A stretch of DNA of 40,282 nt from a virus (Duplodnaviria > Caudoviricetes): IMG/VR virus record IMGVR_UViG_3300033076_000758, positions 1 through 40,282 of that record; one strand, 5' to 3'. The translations under genes and the position numbers were made by a program. Under the pieces are notes generated by a model, which was not told where the DNA came from, searched no databases, and saw nothing but the letters and a program-made list of their open reading frames with translations. Positions 25,201 to 33,308 of this stretch are shown here, piece after piece. Numbering within the stretch: the first letter of the stretch is position 1; each line of letters starts with the position of its first letter.

Positions 25201-27048
25201 ACCCGCCACCACTTGATCCGTTCCACCGTTGGCATCAGCCACGACGGGACCGGGAGCTGCTCCGGCGACCCCGCCTCCAGCCACAGGTCGTGCAGCTCCA
25301 GCGCCTCGTGCAAGCTGATCGCCTTGTCCAGCCACGGCTCCATCAGCGACTCCGGCAGTTCCTGGTACGACAGACTGTTGGCTTGCACTCTGTTTGCTCT
25401 CGATGAACTTCTGGACAGCGCCGAACTTGCTGTTGGACAGCATGGCGGCGAACGTGGACAGCTCGTCCTGCGTGATCGTGTCGTTCTCGGCCAGGGCTTC
25501 GAGCTGCTTGAACAGCCCGACGGCCTTGTCCCCCGGCTTGCCGCCGAGGATGCTGGCCACGCGGGCGGTCTCGGCCTTCTGTTCAGCGGCCTTGCGCTGC
25601 ACCTCTTGAGCGATGCCGAGCTGCCGCTGGTAGTCGTCAAAGCGCGTACCGACGCGCTCCAGGCCGTTCTCGTCGGCAAAGCGTTGGCCCGGCTCGTTCG
25701 CCGCGACCTGGAAGTCCATGGCGCGGGCGCTGCGCTGGCCGGCGGTCGGGGCCGGAGCCACGCCGGCAAGCCCGCCGACAAGCTCAGGGCTCAACCCTGT
25801 CTGCGCGCCGAGCTGCTCGCGCACGTCCGCCACGTTCAGCATTGGCGTGCTGTCCGGGTTGGCTCCGTAAGTCGGAGTGCCGTTGGGGTTGAACAGACCA
25901 AGCTGCTCGCCAGCGATCCCGCCCTCGGCCCAACCTGCGCCATCGTCTTGCACAGGCACACCAGCATAGGTGCCGTCGGACGGCTGCAACTCGAAGTCGG
26001 GGCGGCGGTTCAGCAAGTCCATGGCCCGCTTCTGCTCAGCCACCTCGATGGCCCGCCGGTCGTTCTCCGCCCCGCGCTGCAAGCGTTCCTGGTTGACGTA
26101 CTCCTGGCTACGGCGCCAGCCACCAGCGCCGCTGAACACGCCGCCCAGGGCAGCGCCGCCAATGAACGACTCGCCGTAGCGTTCGAGCGCGTCGGCGTCA
26201 GTGAGCGAGGCACCGGGGTTGGTGGCCATGCGCCCGAAACCCTGGTTGATGACTTCCTGACCGGTTTCGCTGGCGCCTTCAGTGACGGCACCGAGGCCGA
26301 CCGAGCGGCCAAGGCGGCGCAGGCCGGAGCCCTCGCCGATGCCGCGCGCCAGGGACCGGCGGGCCAAGGCACCCTCAACACCAAACGCGTTGAGGGCGGC
26401 GTAGGGGATGCCCCCCAAGGCAGCCATCCCAAGGTCCATCGTCTGCCCGTCGGCGCTGGCTTCGCGCTGGTTGGACAGGATGTCGCCGACCGCCGACGGG
26501 TAGCTCGCGGCCACGCCGCCAGCGGTCGAGCGCAGGGCCAGGGCGCGCTCAGCGGCCTGCCCGGCGCGAACTGCGTCCAGGCCGGCGTCCGCAGCGCGAC
26601 CTGCGTTGATGGCGGCCTGGAGCCCACGTCCGGCAAGGCGCGCGGCACCAATGCCGCCGCCCAGGGCTTCGAGGGCGTAGGGCAGGGAGTCGACAGCGAG
26701 GCCGCCGACGTAGTCCATGGCGTCACCGACGCCGCCCACGTCCTTGTACGACGAGATGGCACCTTGCGAGCGCGCGATGTCTCGGCTCAGCCCCGCCTGC
26801 GCCTCGTTGCGCTGCCGCAGTCCGCGAGCAAACTCAGCCCCCGTCCCCGCCTCAACGAGCCCCCACATGTTGCCCTGGTAGCTGTCAATGGCAGCGCCCA
26901 GTCGGTTGCCCCACTTGCCGCCGAGGTCGTACCCAACCTCCGACGCGATCTCGCTCGGAGCGATCCCGAACCGCTTCGAGGCGGCCATGATGGCCTCCTC
27001 GTCGGTCTTGACACCAAAGTGCGCGCGGAGCTGATCGAGGGTGGCCAT
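19207..27048 (-). CDS. Giant polyvalent internal virion/ejection protein (ART, metallopeptidase, GNAT and PLxRFG domains)
   Basis: 2613 aa. FKRWFGDSKVVD..G.PLVVYHGT..GFYF..QIKSA.GN.G..D (ART-PolyVal-like); FMHEVGAH; RGRGAG..A.GFWEKLG; YFPLLRFG. Last gene of the virion operon. Confidence 0.88.
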   Translation of the reverse strand: MATLDQLRAHFGVKTDEEAIMAASKRFGIAPSEIASEVGYDLGGKWGNRLGAAIDSYQGNMWGLVEAGTGAEFARGLRQRNEAQAGLSRDIARSQGAISSYKDVGGVGDAMDYVGGLAVDSLPYALEALGGGIGAARLAGRGLQAAINAGRAADAGLDAVRAGQAAERALALRSTAGGVAASYPSAVGDILSNQREASADGQTMDLGMAALGGIPYAALNAFGVEGALARRSLARGIGEGSGLRRLGRSVGLGAVTEGASETGQEVINQGFGRMATNPGASLTDADALERYGESFIGGAALGGVFSGAGGWRRSQEYVNQERLQRGAENDRRAIEVAEQKRAMDLLNRRPDFELQPSDGTYAGVPVQDDGAGWAEGGIAGEQLGLFNPNGTPTYGANPDSTPMLNVADVREQLGAQTGLSPELVGGLAGVAPAPTAGQRSARAMDFQVAANEPGQRFADENGLERVGTRFDDYQRQLGIAQEVQRKAAEQKAETARVASILGGKPGDKAVGLFKQLEALAENDTITQDELSTFAAMLSNSKFGAVQKFIESKQSASQQSVVPGTAGVADGAVAGQGDQLARGAGAARPVAGGGVAGAAPGPVVADANGGTDQVVAGAQGVDAARQPIELTDEDVSTLIGAKRTDEDTVKGKVKRRNAASQQLDDFIVSAFDRALAAGTKLTDDQIAALVAEKGFVNPDTGKPYTRAAINKRLKQNNLQARAVNSTAVDLQVANASELIGDVSGEDADTSLGGAGFRTVGSAADTKFDSLEMKSGSSMSVKDEETGKRIKGGATSAKRAELMSELAAEIVGAESPKALEALVERINAARVKNKEGVALKPEQLAELQKLYNATAERLKTSDGKREADLRRAREVTADPNADAQAGKRAREAATNMVRQALAVLNNPKTASFWPEVEALWDRYRFQGDPAFAELPGAAKYGFLVEVGGALDDGRTINDEVATELVKAVRNELDRTDYTHPAFERINAEAERSFGADRPAATGARRADGDAAARRDSTDDQPGAPQATAADALPEVVVGDGTRSEGVKVTTRKRRTINREVLDGPKFSKAPAPSTLEFKRWFGDSKVVDAEGKPLVVYHGTTADFTSFELREAVSGRYMGDGFYFGDIGTASQYALDEPGSRVMPAYLSLQNPYDWDGDYKLASLPLGKLMAIPGFREALNAYRKEFGYSPQFTNRFSPTRLAVLMADAGHGDFGKNIRAMLEAAGFDGVAYRDEQEYVAFRPEQIKSATGNNGQYDPADPDIRYSRAEGTTSTVASVNAELRKLKLATNGRVQVVQSIKDLPAGIKAAIEKESGTGGKVQAFVLGGKAYLVADNIAPGNARAVFMHEVGAHLGIDNLLTKAQYDNLIRKLLSWADKNDGSIESRLARRAVERARQAQTPDVDLHSEVLAYFVEEAVKAGIDPTAMKYNSDIARWFSELIRAMKQALRKLQMFTAPDLTPQDVVDLAYGAAKIELDTPLGDAAGGALMESRIVRDEQGNREYEGDGVRIAFPQPVDRIEVIPTNGQRVLNYAIMPTDSFGVLGHVDLLVDANGVPESLLDIEVYERGRGAGEKAVAALLNAYPDRDINISNIVPEAQGFWEKLGVPAQNLEEGAAYDGTLNAKVLEQAQRDRAQSAARRNAQGGGAANRGADAGAAQGVRGAVQGVTPRIQFSKISESLDSYREAMPDMARNGASRVAEGFKKFGMWSMTNFQLTEQFKDAIPALKDRTARVMEMVMDRNAMAQEVTRVAEAWDRLPNKDVLNRLMQDATMAEIHPDVGLDHPSNAHVTDKAKHAELQARYNALGKDSPAQKVYQDAKAVLEKQWAERSNGFNRMVDNLLAERGAAILARGGSEAEMEAAKADANKLRQQHAAKQGKLKGPYFPLLRFGNYRAVAVSKEFEAAAQAVRDAVGEERKVAQEALDKLKRDPKHYIVSAHDTKAEADAALKKYAAQGMSATPRMEDPLKGQMSRDSAAMMKQFTDALRDKLGGSEELDPALKAISEVYLANLPEMHALTRAAERIGVAGASVDMLRAFASAGQQGAFFASRMKHGDGIAQALAEIQDQAERAYKAGNKSAVMHVAHEMAKRSVLDMEFHQTPVQDAASALGYTYYLGVSPAFLAMNMLQPAMVSVPVLAGKHGLAQSTVALKRAWVDAAKIIKAARTTDGKFDAWKGVSEASLGKSNERWALRQLIQSGLIDEGQQHELNMYANDSSRGLARLSRMIGWASQQIELVNRISTGMAAYRLALGNQDAGSPGAWSKEHEAAVEYARSVTLKTQMDYSSESTARMMREGGGVPMAKLVFQFRRFQQGMLYLLVDLAKTAFKNGPERAAAMKSLGLMFATTGMAAGAMGLPFLSTILWAVGLGMDDDDERGPPEVRLRNLIHDTFGSELGDVVAKGLPAMFGMDLSKRLGLADVASPFPMARWDGKPKDDAKELVWNLAGPAAGLGAQFWEGLSAAANGDFVKATEKLTPKFVADVVRAGRYTANGMTDSKGNPINVPLDAGDIALRAMGIGSLAEADYYEGTKALRDVQQNMNDAKGKIGAEYRKAMRSGDFGDVREMIAEWNEKHPTDRITTKQEVQWRKAEVKGKREANAAGIRVDKAAKKYADVARFAE
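22059..22211 (-). CDS. Nested +1-frame gene (50 aa) directly after the GNAT domain
   Basis: GAAGGAG-6nt-ATG; MTAPLTPK...RKAVEQRIAALTPEQRKAYEARFKA*; G/C third-position bias shifts to this frame. Confidence 0.6.
   Translation of the reverse strand: MTAPLTPKSSNKPNATALNQQRAATRKAVEQRIAALTPEQRKAYEARFKA
23916..24146 (-). CDS. Nested +1-frame gene (76 aa)
   Basis: AAAGG-9nt-ATG; globular-looking LTDLLRPVLDAQTEMLLRGEIPP...RKRLLRTHYQKL while the host frame is A/G/R/D-rich linker. Confidence 0.5.
   Translation of the reverse strand: MNSTARTTPTPPSSESTQKPNGLSGLTDLLRPVLDAQTEMLLRGEIPPMTSPEHRKRLLRTHYQKLSSEMEPDPKA
25161..25388 (-). CDS. Nested +1-frame gene (75 aa; alternative ATG at 25343)
   Basis: Trp/Leu/Glu-rich YQELPESLMEPWLDKAISLHEALELHDLWLEAG...; codons almost all end in G/C; GAGAG before the GTG and GGAG before the ATG. 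Confidence 0.6.
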   Translation of the reverse strand: MQANSLSYQELPESLMEPWLDKAISLHEALELHDLWLEAGSPEQLPVPSWLMPTVERIKWWRVLKEWTPPDSPSN

Positions 27049-28497
27049 TTAGCGAGGTGCCTGTTGAATTGCGTCGAACTCGTCCGCTGAATACTCTTTG
27101 CCGGTGGCCGGGTCTTTGTAGACGTACGTGAGTCCGCCAAAGAACCCCCGCTTCGCCGTGCGCTGAAGGCGCCCGGGGTCGATGGCCGCCAGCTCCAAGT
27201 CTGCTTGCGTGATGCGGCGCATACCTGCCATCGAGCTGCCCTTGTCGCCTTGCAGCGCCTTGTCCAGGGCGCTCTCCCCAGGAAACTGCGCAGCAATGAA
27301 CGCCCCCGGCTTTTTCGGGTCCGGCGTAAACAGCATCCCGCCGCGCTGCACGGACCCGTCTTGGTTGACTTTCAGCTCGGGGCTCGGGCGGTAAGGCTTG
27401 AGCCCGGCGGGCATCGTCCGCTCCCGGAAATCAGGGGTCTTGCCAGTGCGGTTCACGTCGTAGATGCGGACATTGCCCTGGTCGTCGACGTACTGTTCCG
27501 GCTGCCAGTTGGCTCGCTCTGCTGCACTTACCCGTGCACCAACCTCTCGCTCATGCAAGCCCAGTGCACGGTTGCGGTAGGCGTTGTTGGCAACAAACTC
27601 CCGCTCGGACAGGTCGAACCGCCTGTTCCCCATGTTCATGCCGTAGGCCAGTTCCTGGCCCTTGTTCGCGTCCTGAACATCTTCCCGGTTGCGAGCGCGT
27701 TTGCGGTCTGTGCGACCAAGGCCGAGCGCGATCGACTCGGGGACGCGGCCTTCAGACTCCAGGAATTTTTGGTACGCAGCCTGCATCAGCTCGTCGCGGC
27801 TGAACTCCTCCGCCGTGCCGGAGCCGTTGTAGTCCGCGACGATGAACGTCTTGCCGTCCTTGGCCAGCCCAACCGCGCCGCGCACGGCGGGGTTGCCGTT
27901 CAGCATGCCGGCAAGCATCGGGTGCTCAAGCAGGCCTTTCGGGCTTAGGTGTGAGAACTGGGCAAACCAGTCCTTCATGCGCTCCTCGCCCTGCGCCTTC
28001 TCCTGGTCCGCCAGGGCAGCGCCGGGGTCTTGGCCCATGGCCAGGGCGTAGCGGGCTCGGGCGCCGGCCAGTTCTGACTTGCGGGGGGCCTTGACAGTAG
28101 CTGGGTTGACCCCAGGGCCCTTGATCGGCAAGCCTTGGGCCGCGCGAGCGGCAGCGCCACTGTCGGCAAGATCAGAGGAGTCGAAGTCGTTCTGGTAGCG
28201 CGCCGCCTGTTCGGCGAACTGCTTGGCCCCGCCTTGGGCGGCGATGCCCGTGGCGATTTGATCGGGCGTGTACCCGGCGGCAGCGATGTCGCGCTGGCTG
28301 GAGGTGTCCATGCCAGAGATGGTGTTTTCCAGCGCGCTGCGCGCATCGCTGACGCGCTTGCGTTCGGAGTCGCGGTAGGCGCGGTCCTCGCGCGCCCACT
28401 GCATCTGCTCGTCTTGCAGTTGCCGGCGGTACTCCGCCTCCTGTGCCTCGCGCACAGTGCTGTAGCCGAGCTTGAATCCGTCTGCGAGGCCAATCAT
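27049..28497 (-). CDS. Putative internal virion (ejection) protein
   Basis: 482-aa helical A/Q/R/E-rich protein immediately upstream of the giant protein. Confidence 0.7.
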   Translation of the reverse strand: MIGLADGFKLGYSTVREAQEAEYRRQLQDEQMQWAREDRAYRDSERKRVSDARSALENTISGMDTSSQRDIAAAGYTPDQIATGIAAQGGAKQFAEQAARYQNDFDSSDLADSGAAARAAQGLPIKGPGVNPATVKAPRKSELAGARARYALAMGQDPGAALADQEKAQGEERMKDWFAQFSHLSPKGLLEHPMLAGMLNGNPAVRGAVGLAKDGKTFIVADYNGSGTAEEFSRDELMQAAYQKFLESEGRVPESIALGLGRTDRKRARNREDVQDANKGQELAYGMNMGNRRFDLSEREFVANNAYRNRALGLHEREVGARVSAAERANWQPEQYVDDQGNVRIYDVNRTGKTPDFRERTMPAGLKPYRPSPELKVNQDGSVQRGGMLFTPDPKKPGAFIAAQFPGESALDKALQGDKGSSMAGMRRITQADLELAAIDPGRLQRTAKRGFFGGLTYVYKDPATGKEYSADEFDAIQQAPR

Positions 28498-29504
28498 GCT
28501 GCGGCTCCCAACTTCGAGTAGTCAACCATGTCGTAGCCGCCGATGCTGGAGACTGCGCCGGGGTACTTGCCGCGAACTTCGTCGGCCATGACGCCGGTAG
28601 CGCGCGGGCCGCCCCACACGTAGTCCCACTGGTACACGCCCAGGCCGTCGGCGCGCTGGCCGATCTTGACGACGTTCATCTTGAGGCGGCGGTCGGACGG
28701 CTTCATCATGGCGCCAGCGGCAGCGCCCAGGCCCGCGCCGATGATCTGGTTCATGCCCTGCGCGTTGGCCTGCGCAGCCTGGAACTGCATCATCTGCTGC
28801 TGGTAACCACGGTTGGCGAAGTCGCCCATGGCCCCCACGCCCATGCCGGTGTACGAGCCCCACTGCTGCGCGTTCGCACCCTGCGCGCCTTGCATCCCCT
28901 GGAGCGCACCCATGCCAGCGCCCATCGCGCCCAGCGACGACATGCCGAAGCCGCCGGCTTGCCCGAGGTACGACTGCCCCATGCCGGACGCAGCGCCGCG
29001 CAGCGCCATGCCCTCACGGCGGGCGGCCTCGCGGGCCATGTTGGCCGCTGCGGCTTGGCCGAGGCCGGCGCTCACCTGCTGGTTCGCCAGCATCGACAGG
29101 TACTTGCCGCTGTTGGGGTTGAGCCCGCTGGCCATCATCGAGCGGGTCATCTGACCACGCTGGTCGTTCAGGCCGCGCTGCACGTCGGCGATGGCCATGC
29201 CGGCCATGCGTTCGCGGTTGTCCTCGCTGTCGAACTGGTCGACCTGCTTCAGGTAGGCGTCCTGGAGACCGTCGAACTTCTTGGCACGGGCCAAGGCGTA
29301 GTCCGACATCTCGCGCTGCCGCGTGGACTCCTCGCGCGCCAGTCCCAGTTGGAGGTCCATCTGGTCCAGGTAGCGCGGCATCAACGTCGTCTTGTAGAAC
29401 GAATCGTTGTCCGCCGCGCGCTTTTCAGCGTCGGCGGCGGTGCGCGCCATGTACTCCTGCGCGCGGGCCATTGACGGATCGGGACCGGGGACTTTGACTT
29501 TCAT
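28494..29504 (-). CDS. Putative DNA-transfer/pilot protein with C-terminal S74-like chaperone domain
   Basis: M/G/A/Q-rich helical body; SDRRLK.N...IG...G...Y.W.Y...GVMADEV....P.AV...VDYSKL; ATGA overlap at 29504. Confidence 0.75.
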   Translation of the reverse strand: MKVKVPGPDPSMARAQEYMARTAADAEKRAADNDSFYKTTLMPRYLDQMDLQLGLAREESTRQREMSDYALARAKKFDGLQDAYLKQVDQFDSEDNRERMAGMAIADVQRGLNDQRGQMTRSMMASGLNPNSGKYLSMLANQQVSAGLGQAAAANMAREAARREGMALRGAASGMGQSYLGQAGGFGMSSLGAMGAGMGALQGMQGAQGANAQQWGSYTGMGVGAMGDFANRGYQQQMMQFQAAQANAQGMNQIIGAGLGAAAGAMMKPSDRRLKMNVVKIGQRADGLGVYQWDYVWGGPRATGVMADEVRGKYPGAVSSIGGYDMVDYSKLGAAA

Positions 29505-29935
29505 GGGGTTCCCCTGCTGGGAGGCAGGGCCATCAATCGCTTGGCCCAGTAGCTGTCTCGCCAAAAGGCGAACCACGCGCCGTGGGCGTTGCCAAAGGCG
29601 TAGGCCATGGCGCCCTCGTAGACCGCACCAAGGCGTATCACGAAGTCAATCACCCGCGCGTTGTCGGTGCTGACCAGAAAAGTGATCCGTGCCACGTCCA
29701 TCTGCTTGAACGCGAACAGGCACACGGCGCGCAACAGTTGGCGCGGCATCGTGCCGGCGGTGCTGGCGATGTGCGCGAACACGGTGTTGGGAAGGGCGGA
29801 GTCGAAGTAGACCCCGGCCTTCAACTGCCCGTCGGCTTCCCAGCCGATGGCAGCGTGCACGGGCGGCGGCTCATAGCCGCACTGGGCTCCCACCCAGGCG
29901 GCTACGCGCGCATCCTGCCCGTACACCAGGGGCAC
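29501..29935 (-). CDS. GNAT-fold virion assembly protein
   Basis: AF.Q....RIT..V...N......RLG..YEG; this position is typical for podovirus GNAT-like genes. Confidence 0.7.
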   Translation of the reverse strand: MPLVYGQDARVAAWVGAQCGYEPPPVHAAIGWEADGQLKAGVYFDSALPNTVFAHIASTAGTMPRQLLRAVCLFAFKQMDVARITFLVSTDNARVIDFVIRLGAVYEGAMAYAFGNAHGAWFAFWRDSYWAKRLMALPPSRGTP

Positions 29936-30151
29936 TTAGCCCTCGGCGGGATCCGCAGCGTCGGCCTTGGCCTTGCCGCGAGTCGACTTGGGGGCTTCCG
30001 CCGGCTTGTTGGCAGCCACCCATTCCTCGCCCTCGGGCGTCAGGATGACCTCGCCGCCGGTCGTCAGACGACCCAGGTGCACGCCACCGGGCGCATCGAC
30101 GTTGCCACACACAGGGAAGGCGCCAAGCGCCACAAGGTCTTCGAGCTTCAT
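29936..30151 (-). CDS. Hypothetical protein
   Basis: GGAGG RBS; 71 aa. Confidence 0.7.
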   Translation of the reverse strand: MKLEDLVALGAFPVCGNVDAPGGVHLGRLTTGGEVILTPEGEEWVAANKPAEAPKSTRGKAKADAADPAEG

Positions 30152-30174
30152 AGAACCTCCGGTTGCGGTGCGCC

Positions 30175-30203
30175 ATCATACGCTAACACGTTAGTGTGAT
30201 CTA
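30175..30203 (-). promoter_or_regulatory. Putative promoter with palindromic operator CTAACACGTTAG (30183-30194) in the spacer
   Basis: Minus strand TAGATC, 17 bp, TATGAT in the intergenic gap upstream of the internal virion genes. Confidence 0.55.
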
Positions 30204-30578
30204 GGTCAGCGTCACCTTCTTCCAGCCGTTGGCCGAGGCCCCAAAGTACAGCTCGCCCGTGTCCAGCAGGATGAAGGCACCAACCTTCACTTCCTTGGGC
30301 AAGGCCTCCAGCGGGGAGGCGCGCAGGGTTTCGACCGACCCATCGAACTCGCCCAGCTTGCGCACCAGGGTGAACACGTCGGCCAGTCGCTTCTCGAACT
30401 CGCGCAGGGTCACGGCCTTCTCGTAGGGGTCGCCCCGGCTGCCAAGGCTCACCTCAAGCCATTCCCGGATGGCCTCGAACGCCTTTTGCGACTGGGGGTC
30501 GGGCAGGCGCAGGGTTTGGAGGGAGGGCCGCTTGGCGCCTTCCAGCTTGCCGTAGGGGGAAATCGGGGTGCGGCTCAT
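30201..30578 (-). CDS. Hypothetical virion-associated protein
   Basis: ATGA overlap; IREWLEV..G.RGDP..KAVT.RE motif. Confidence 0.7.
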   Translation of the reverse strand: MSRTPISPYGKLEGAKRPSLQTLRLPDPQSQKAFEAIREWLEVSLGSRGDPYEKAVTLREFEKRLADVFTLVRKLGEFDGSVETLRASPLEALPKEVKVGAFILLDTGELYFGASANGWKKVTLT

Positions 30579-30982
30579 GGCAGTTCTTCGCTGGATTGGG
30601 TCAGGGCCACGCCCGTGATGCGGTCGGTGGACTGGATTTCGATGGCCCAGCGCCGGGCGCGCACGTCCTTGACCCGCCACGGCTCCTTGTTCGTCACGGT
30701 CTTGGTCTGGATCAGCACGCCGTCGGCGTACAGGCGCACCGTGGCCCCGGCCTCGATGTTGCCGTCCAGCTTGCCCCAAGAGAACGTCAGCGGCGAGGGG
30801 AACACGAAGGTCTTGCTGCGCCACGTCGCCGTGGCCACGGCGGCTTTGTGCATCCCCCGCACCGAGGTGCCCACCAGGATGTAGAGCGTGTCCGAAAGCA
30901 GGTCCGACACGGTGGCGGTCGGGGCCGTGCTGCCGTCGGTACTCAGGCGCTTGGCCAGGAGGTCGAACCGGTACACCGTCAT
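30575..30982 (-). CDS. Stand-alone C-terminal module of tail/stabilization protein
   Basis: GAGGAG RBS; DTLY, TWRSKTF, RLYADG, WAIEI, QSSEEL. Confidence 0.7.
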   Translation of the reverse strand: MTVYRFDLLAKRLSTDGSTAPTATVSDLLSDTLYILVGTSVRGMHKAAVATATWRSKTFVFPSPLTFSWGKLDGNIEAGATVRLYADGVLIQTKTVTNKEPWRVKDVRARRWAIEIQSTDRITGVALTQSSEELP

Positions 30983-31917
30983 TGCCACAACTCCTCGACC
31001 GACTGCGCCAGCCGGATGCCAAGCACGCGCGTCGTGCCCTCAATCTCCACCGCCCACTCGCGCCAGCGGCCCGACTTGAGGCGGAACGGCTCGTCGTCGG
31101 CCACGGTCTTGACCTGGACCACCGCGCCATCGGCGTACAGGCGGAAGGTCAGCGGGTAGGCGCCCTCGATGCGCGCCCAGGACAGCACGGGCACCTCGTT
31201 GGTCACGAAGGTCTTGCTTTTCCAGGTGCCGCTGGCCACCGGCCCGCGCTCCACCCCCACGATGTCTTCGCCCGTCAGCACGTAGAGCGTGTCCGTGATC
31301 CGGTCGGCGTGGATCGACGTGGGCGGGATCTTGAGGCGGATCTGGAGCCGGTTGTTCTCGGCCATGCCCATGCCCACGATGCGCGTGGCGGCATTGGGCA
31401 GGGCTCCCAGCACCCGCTCGATGGTGTACCGGTCGCGCTGCTGGCGCCAGCACAGCAGGCCGTCGCGCACGTAGGCGAAGATGATGTCATTTTGGCCGTT
31501 GTTGGTCGCCCTGTCGCGCTTGTCATCCAGCGTGAGCATGGGCGTGCGATAGCCCGGGAACGAGGTCGTCGTCATGCCCGGGATGGTGGAGTCGTACCAC
31601 CACAGCTTGCACAGCCCCCCATCTACGTAGACGACATTGGGGCTCATGTTCTGGTCAAAGGCCAGGGACACCTCGGTGATGTCCACGCCGGTCTGCACTT
31701 GGACGGCTGGAGTCTGCTCCGGGTAGGGTGCGACGAAGATGGCGGTGCCATCGGTCCAGGCCGTCCAGTTGCGCACGTTCAGCCCCTGCGTCGGATCGCT
31801 CAGGGCCACGCCGCCGCGCTCCCAGTCCCGGCGCGGGTCCACCCGCTCCAGGTTGTCGGGCGTCAGCAGCGGGGACTCTGGCCGGTCGTCGGTCAGCAGG
31901 TTGCCGGGGATGCTCAT
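30979..31917 (-). CDS. Tail/adsorption protein fused to a second copy of the stabilization-protein C-terminal module
   Basis: N-part GGVALSDPTQGL..W, SLAFDQNM.P, DIIFAY, RQQRDRY; C-part DTLY, TWKSKTF, RLYADG, WAVEI, QSVEEL. Confidence 0.75.
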   Translation of the reverse strand: MSIPGNLLTDDRPESPLLTPDNLERVDPRRDWERGGVALSDPTQGLNVRNWTAWTDGTAIFVAPYPEQTPAVQVQTGVDITEVSLAFDQNMSPNVVYVDGGLCKLWWYDSTIPGMTTTSFPGYRTPMLTLDDKRDRATNNGQNDIIFAYVRDGLLCWRQQRDRYTIERVLGALPNAATRIVGMGMAENNRLQIRLKIPPTSIHADRITDTLYVLTGEDIVGVERGPVASGTWKSKTFVTNEVPVLSWARIEGAYPLTFRLYADGAVVQVKTVADDEPFRLKSGRWREWAVEIEGTTRVLGIRLAQSVEELWQ

Positions 31918-31920
31918 GCG

Positions 31921-32853
31921 TCAGGGGCGTCGCGTGATGCTGATTGCAAAATCCAGGGTCAGCACTTTGGTGTTGGTCTTGTTGATGACGGGCGTGAACA
32001 CCGCCTGCAAGCCGAAGTTGCCCACGTTCGGGATGGCGGCGGCGATCTTGCGGACCCCGCCCACGTTGGCCGCGTTCAGCGGCCAAGTCACGCGCACCGT
32101 GCGCGTGAAGCTGCCCGCCGTGTAGCTGCCCTGGAACGCCATGGTGGACCCGTCGGAGCCGTTGTTGGTGCCGCTGGAGCCAAGCGTGATGCCAGTCGCG
32201 CCGATGAGGTCCAAGTTGGCCGTGTTGGAGCTTGCGTAAATGGCACCCGTAAGGGCCATGGGCGGCGTGGTCCAAAAGAAGTTGCCGGTGCTGCCGGTGT
32301 TCCAGCAGGCAAACCGCGCCGTGTAATCCGTCGGCGTCCCTTCCAGCGTCACAGTGCCGGTCACGTCCGTGGTGCTGGGATAGAACCGCACCGTGAACAC
32401 AACGTCCAACTGCTCGTCGGCCAGGACCGTCACCGTCGTCGGCAGGATCAAGGCGCGGCTGAACCGGGCCTGCCCCGTGCCGTCGTTCCAGCCAGTCCCA
32501 ACTTCGGCCCAGGTGCCGGTCGCCACCCCGGTGTTGAACCGGTAGGTCCGGGTGCATTCGATGTAGGGCGGCGGGCCTGCCACGTACAGCGACGACAGCG
32601 TGGACTGCACCGTGCTCATGAGCACCTTGGTGCCCTGCAAATCGGTCTGCGTGGAGACAACCGCCGCGTTGCTGGTCCCGACCCAGCAACGATCCGGCCC
32701 AGACCGCCCGCTCCCCAGCAAAGCGTCGATTCCCGAATCCAGGATCATGTTCTTGCTGGTGCCGTGGTCAATCGTTCCACGGGCGCCGCCGTGGGTGATG
32801 AACCGGTACTCCCCGGAAATACCGAGGCCCGCACTTGCCTTGATCGCACTCAT
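31921..32853 (-). CDS. Putative tail fiber/adsorption protein
   Basis: NMILDSG.D, C.VGT, YRF..G.A.G..AEVG, FSRALI, TVLADEQLDV; T/G-rich beta protein. Confidence 0.7.
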   Translation of the reverse strand: MSAIKASAGLGISGEYRFITHGGARGTIDHGTSKNMILDSGIDALLGSGRSGPDRCWVGTSNAAVVSTQTDLQGTKVLMSTVQSTLSSLYVAGPPPYIECTRTYRFNTGVATGTWAEVGTGWNDGTGQARFSRALILPTTVTVLADEQLDVVFTVRFYPSTTDVTGTVTLEGTPTDYTARFACWNTGSTGNFFWTTPPMALTGAIYASSNTANLDLIGATGITLGSSGTNNGSDGSTMAFQGSYTAGSFTRTVRVTWPLNAANVGGVRKIAAAIPNVGNFGLQAVFTPVINKTNTKVLTLDFAISITRRP

Positions 32854-33305
32854 GCCAAATTCCCTCCAACGAATCCCAGGCCGACATCCATCGGTTCTGG
32901 GTCTTGTGTGCGCGTGATAAGGACCACCCTCAACTCGCCCGCTGTCAGCGCCACGCTGACATCAGCGTTCTCCGGCGCCGGGGTATGCGACTTCAGGATG
33001 GTTCGCAGTTCGGCGGCAGGCAACGTGAGGCCGATGTCCGCCAGTTCGGTCGTCGTGTACCGCTGCAACTGGTCGCGCAGTTCTGCGGCGGCCAGCGCAA
33101 GCCCGATGTCCGTGTTCTCTGTGAACTCCTCGATGTAGAGGACCGTCCGCAACTCCCCCGCCGAGAGGCCAAGCCCGATGGCGGCCTCCTCCATCAAGTT
33201 CAGCGGGTACGGGGCGCTGGACCAGACCTGCGAAGCCTCCTGCGGGTAGCCCGACAACTCGGACAGCCGCTGGGCTTGCATGTCGAACTTGTACAGACGG
33301 GGCAT
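32850..33305 (-). CDS. Putative tail protein with four internal repeats
   Basis: S.PYP, then repeated E.ADIGL.L.A.ELR..L units. Confidence 0.7.
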   Translation of the reverse strand: MPRLYKFDMQAQRLSELSGYPQEASQVWSSAPYPLNLMEEAAIGLGLSAGELRTVLYIEEFTENTDIGLALAAAELRDQLQRYTTTELADIGLTLPAAELRTILKSHTPAPENADVSVALTAGELRVVLITRTQDPEPMDVGLGFVGGNLA

Positions 33306-33308
33306 CCA

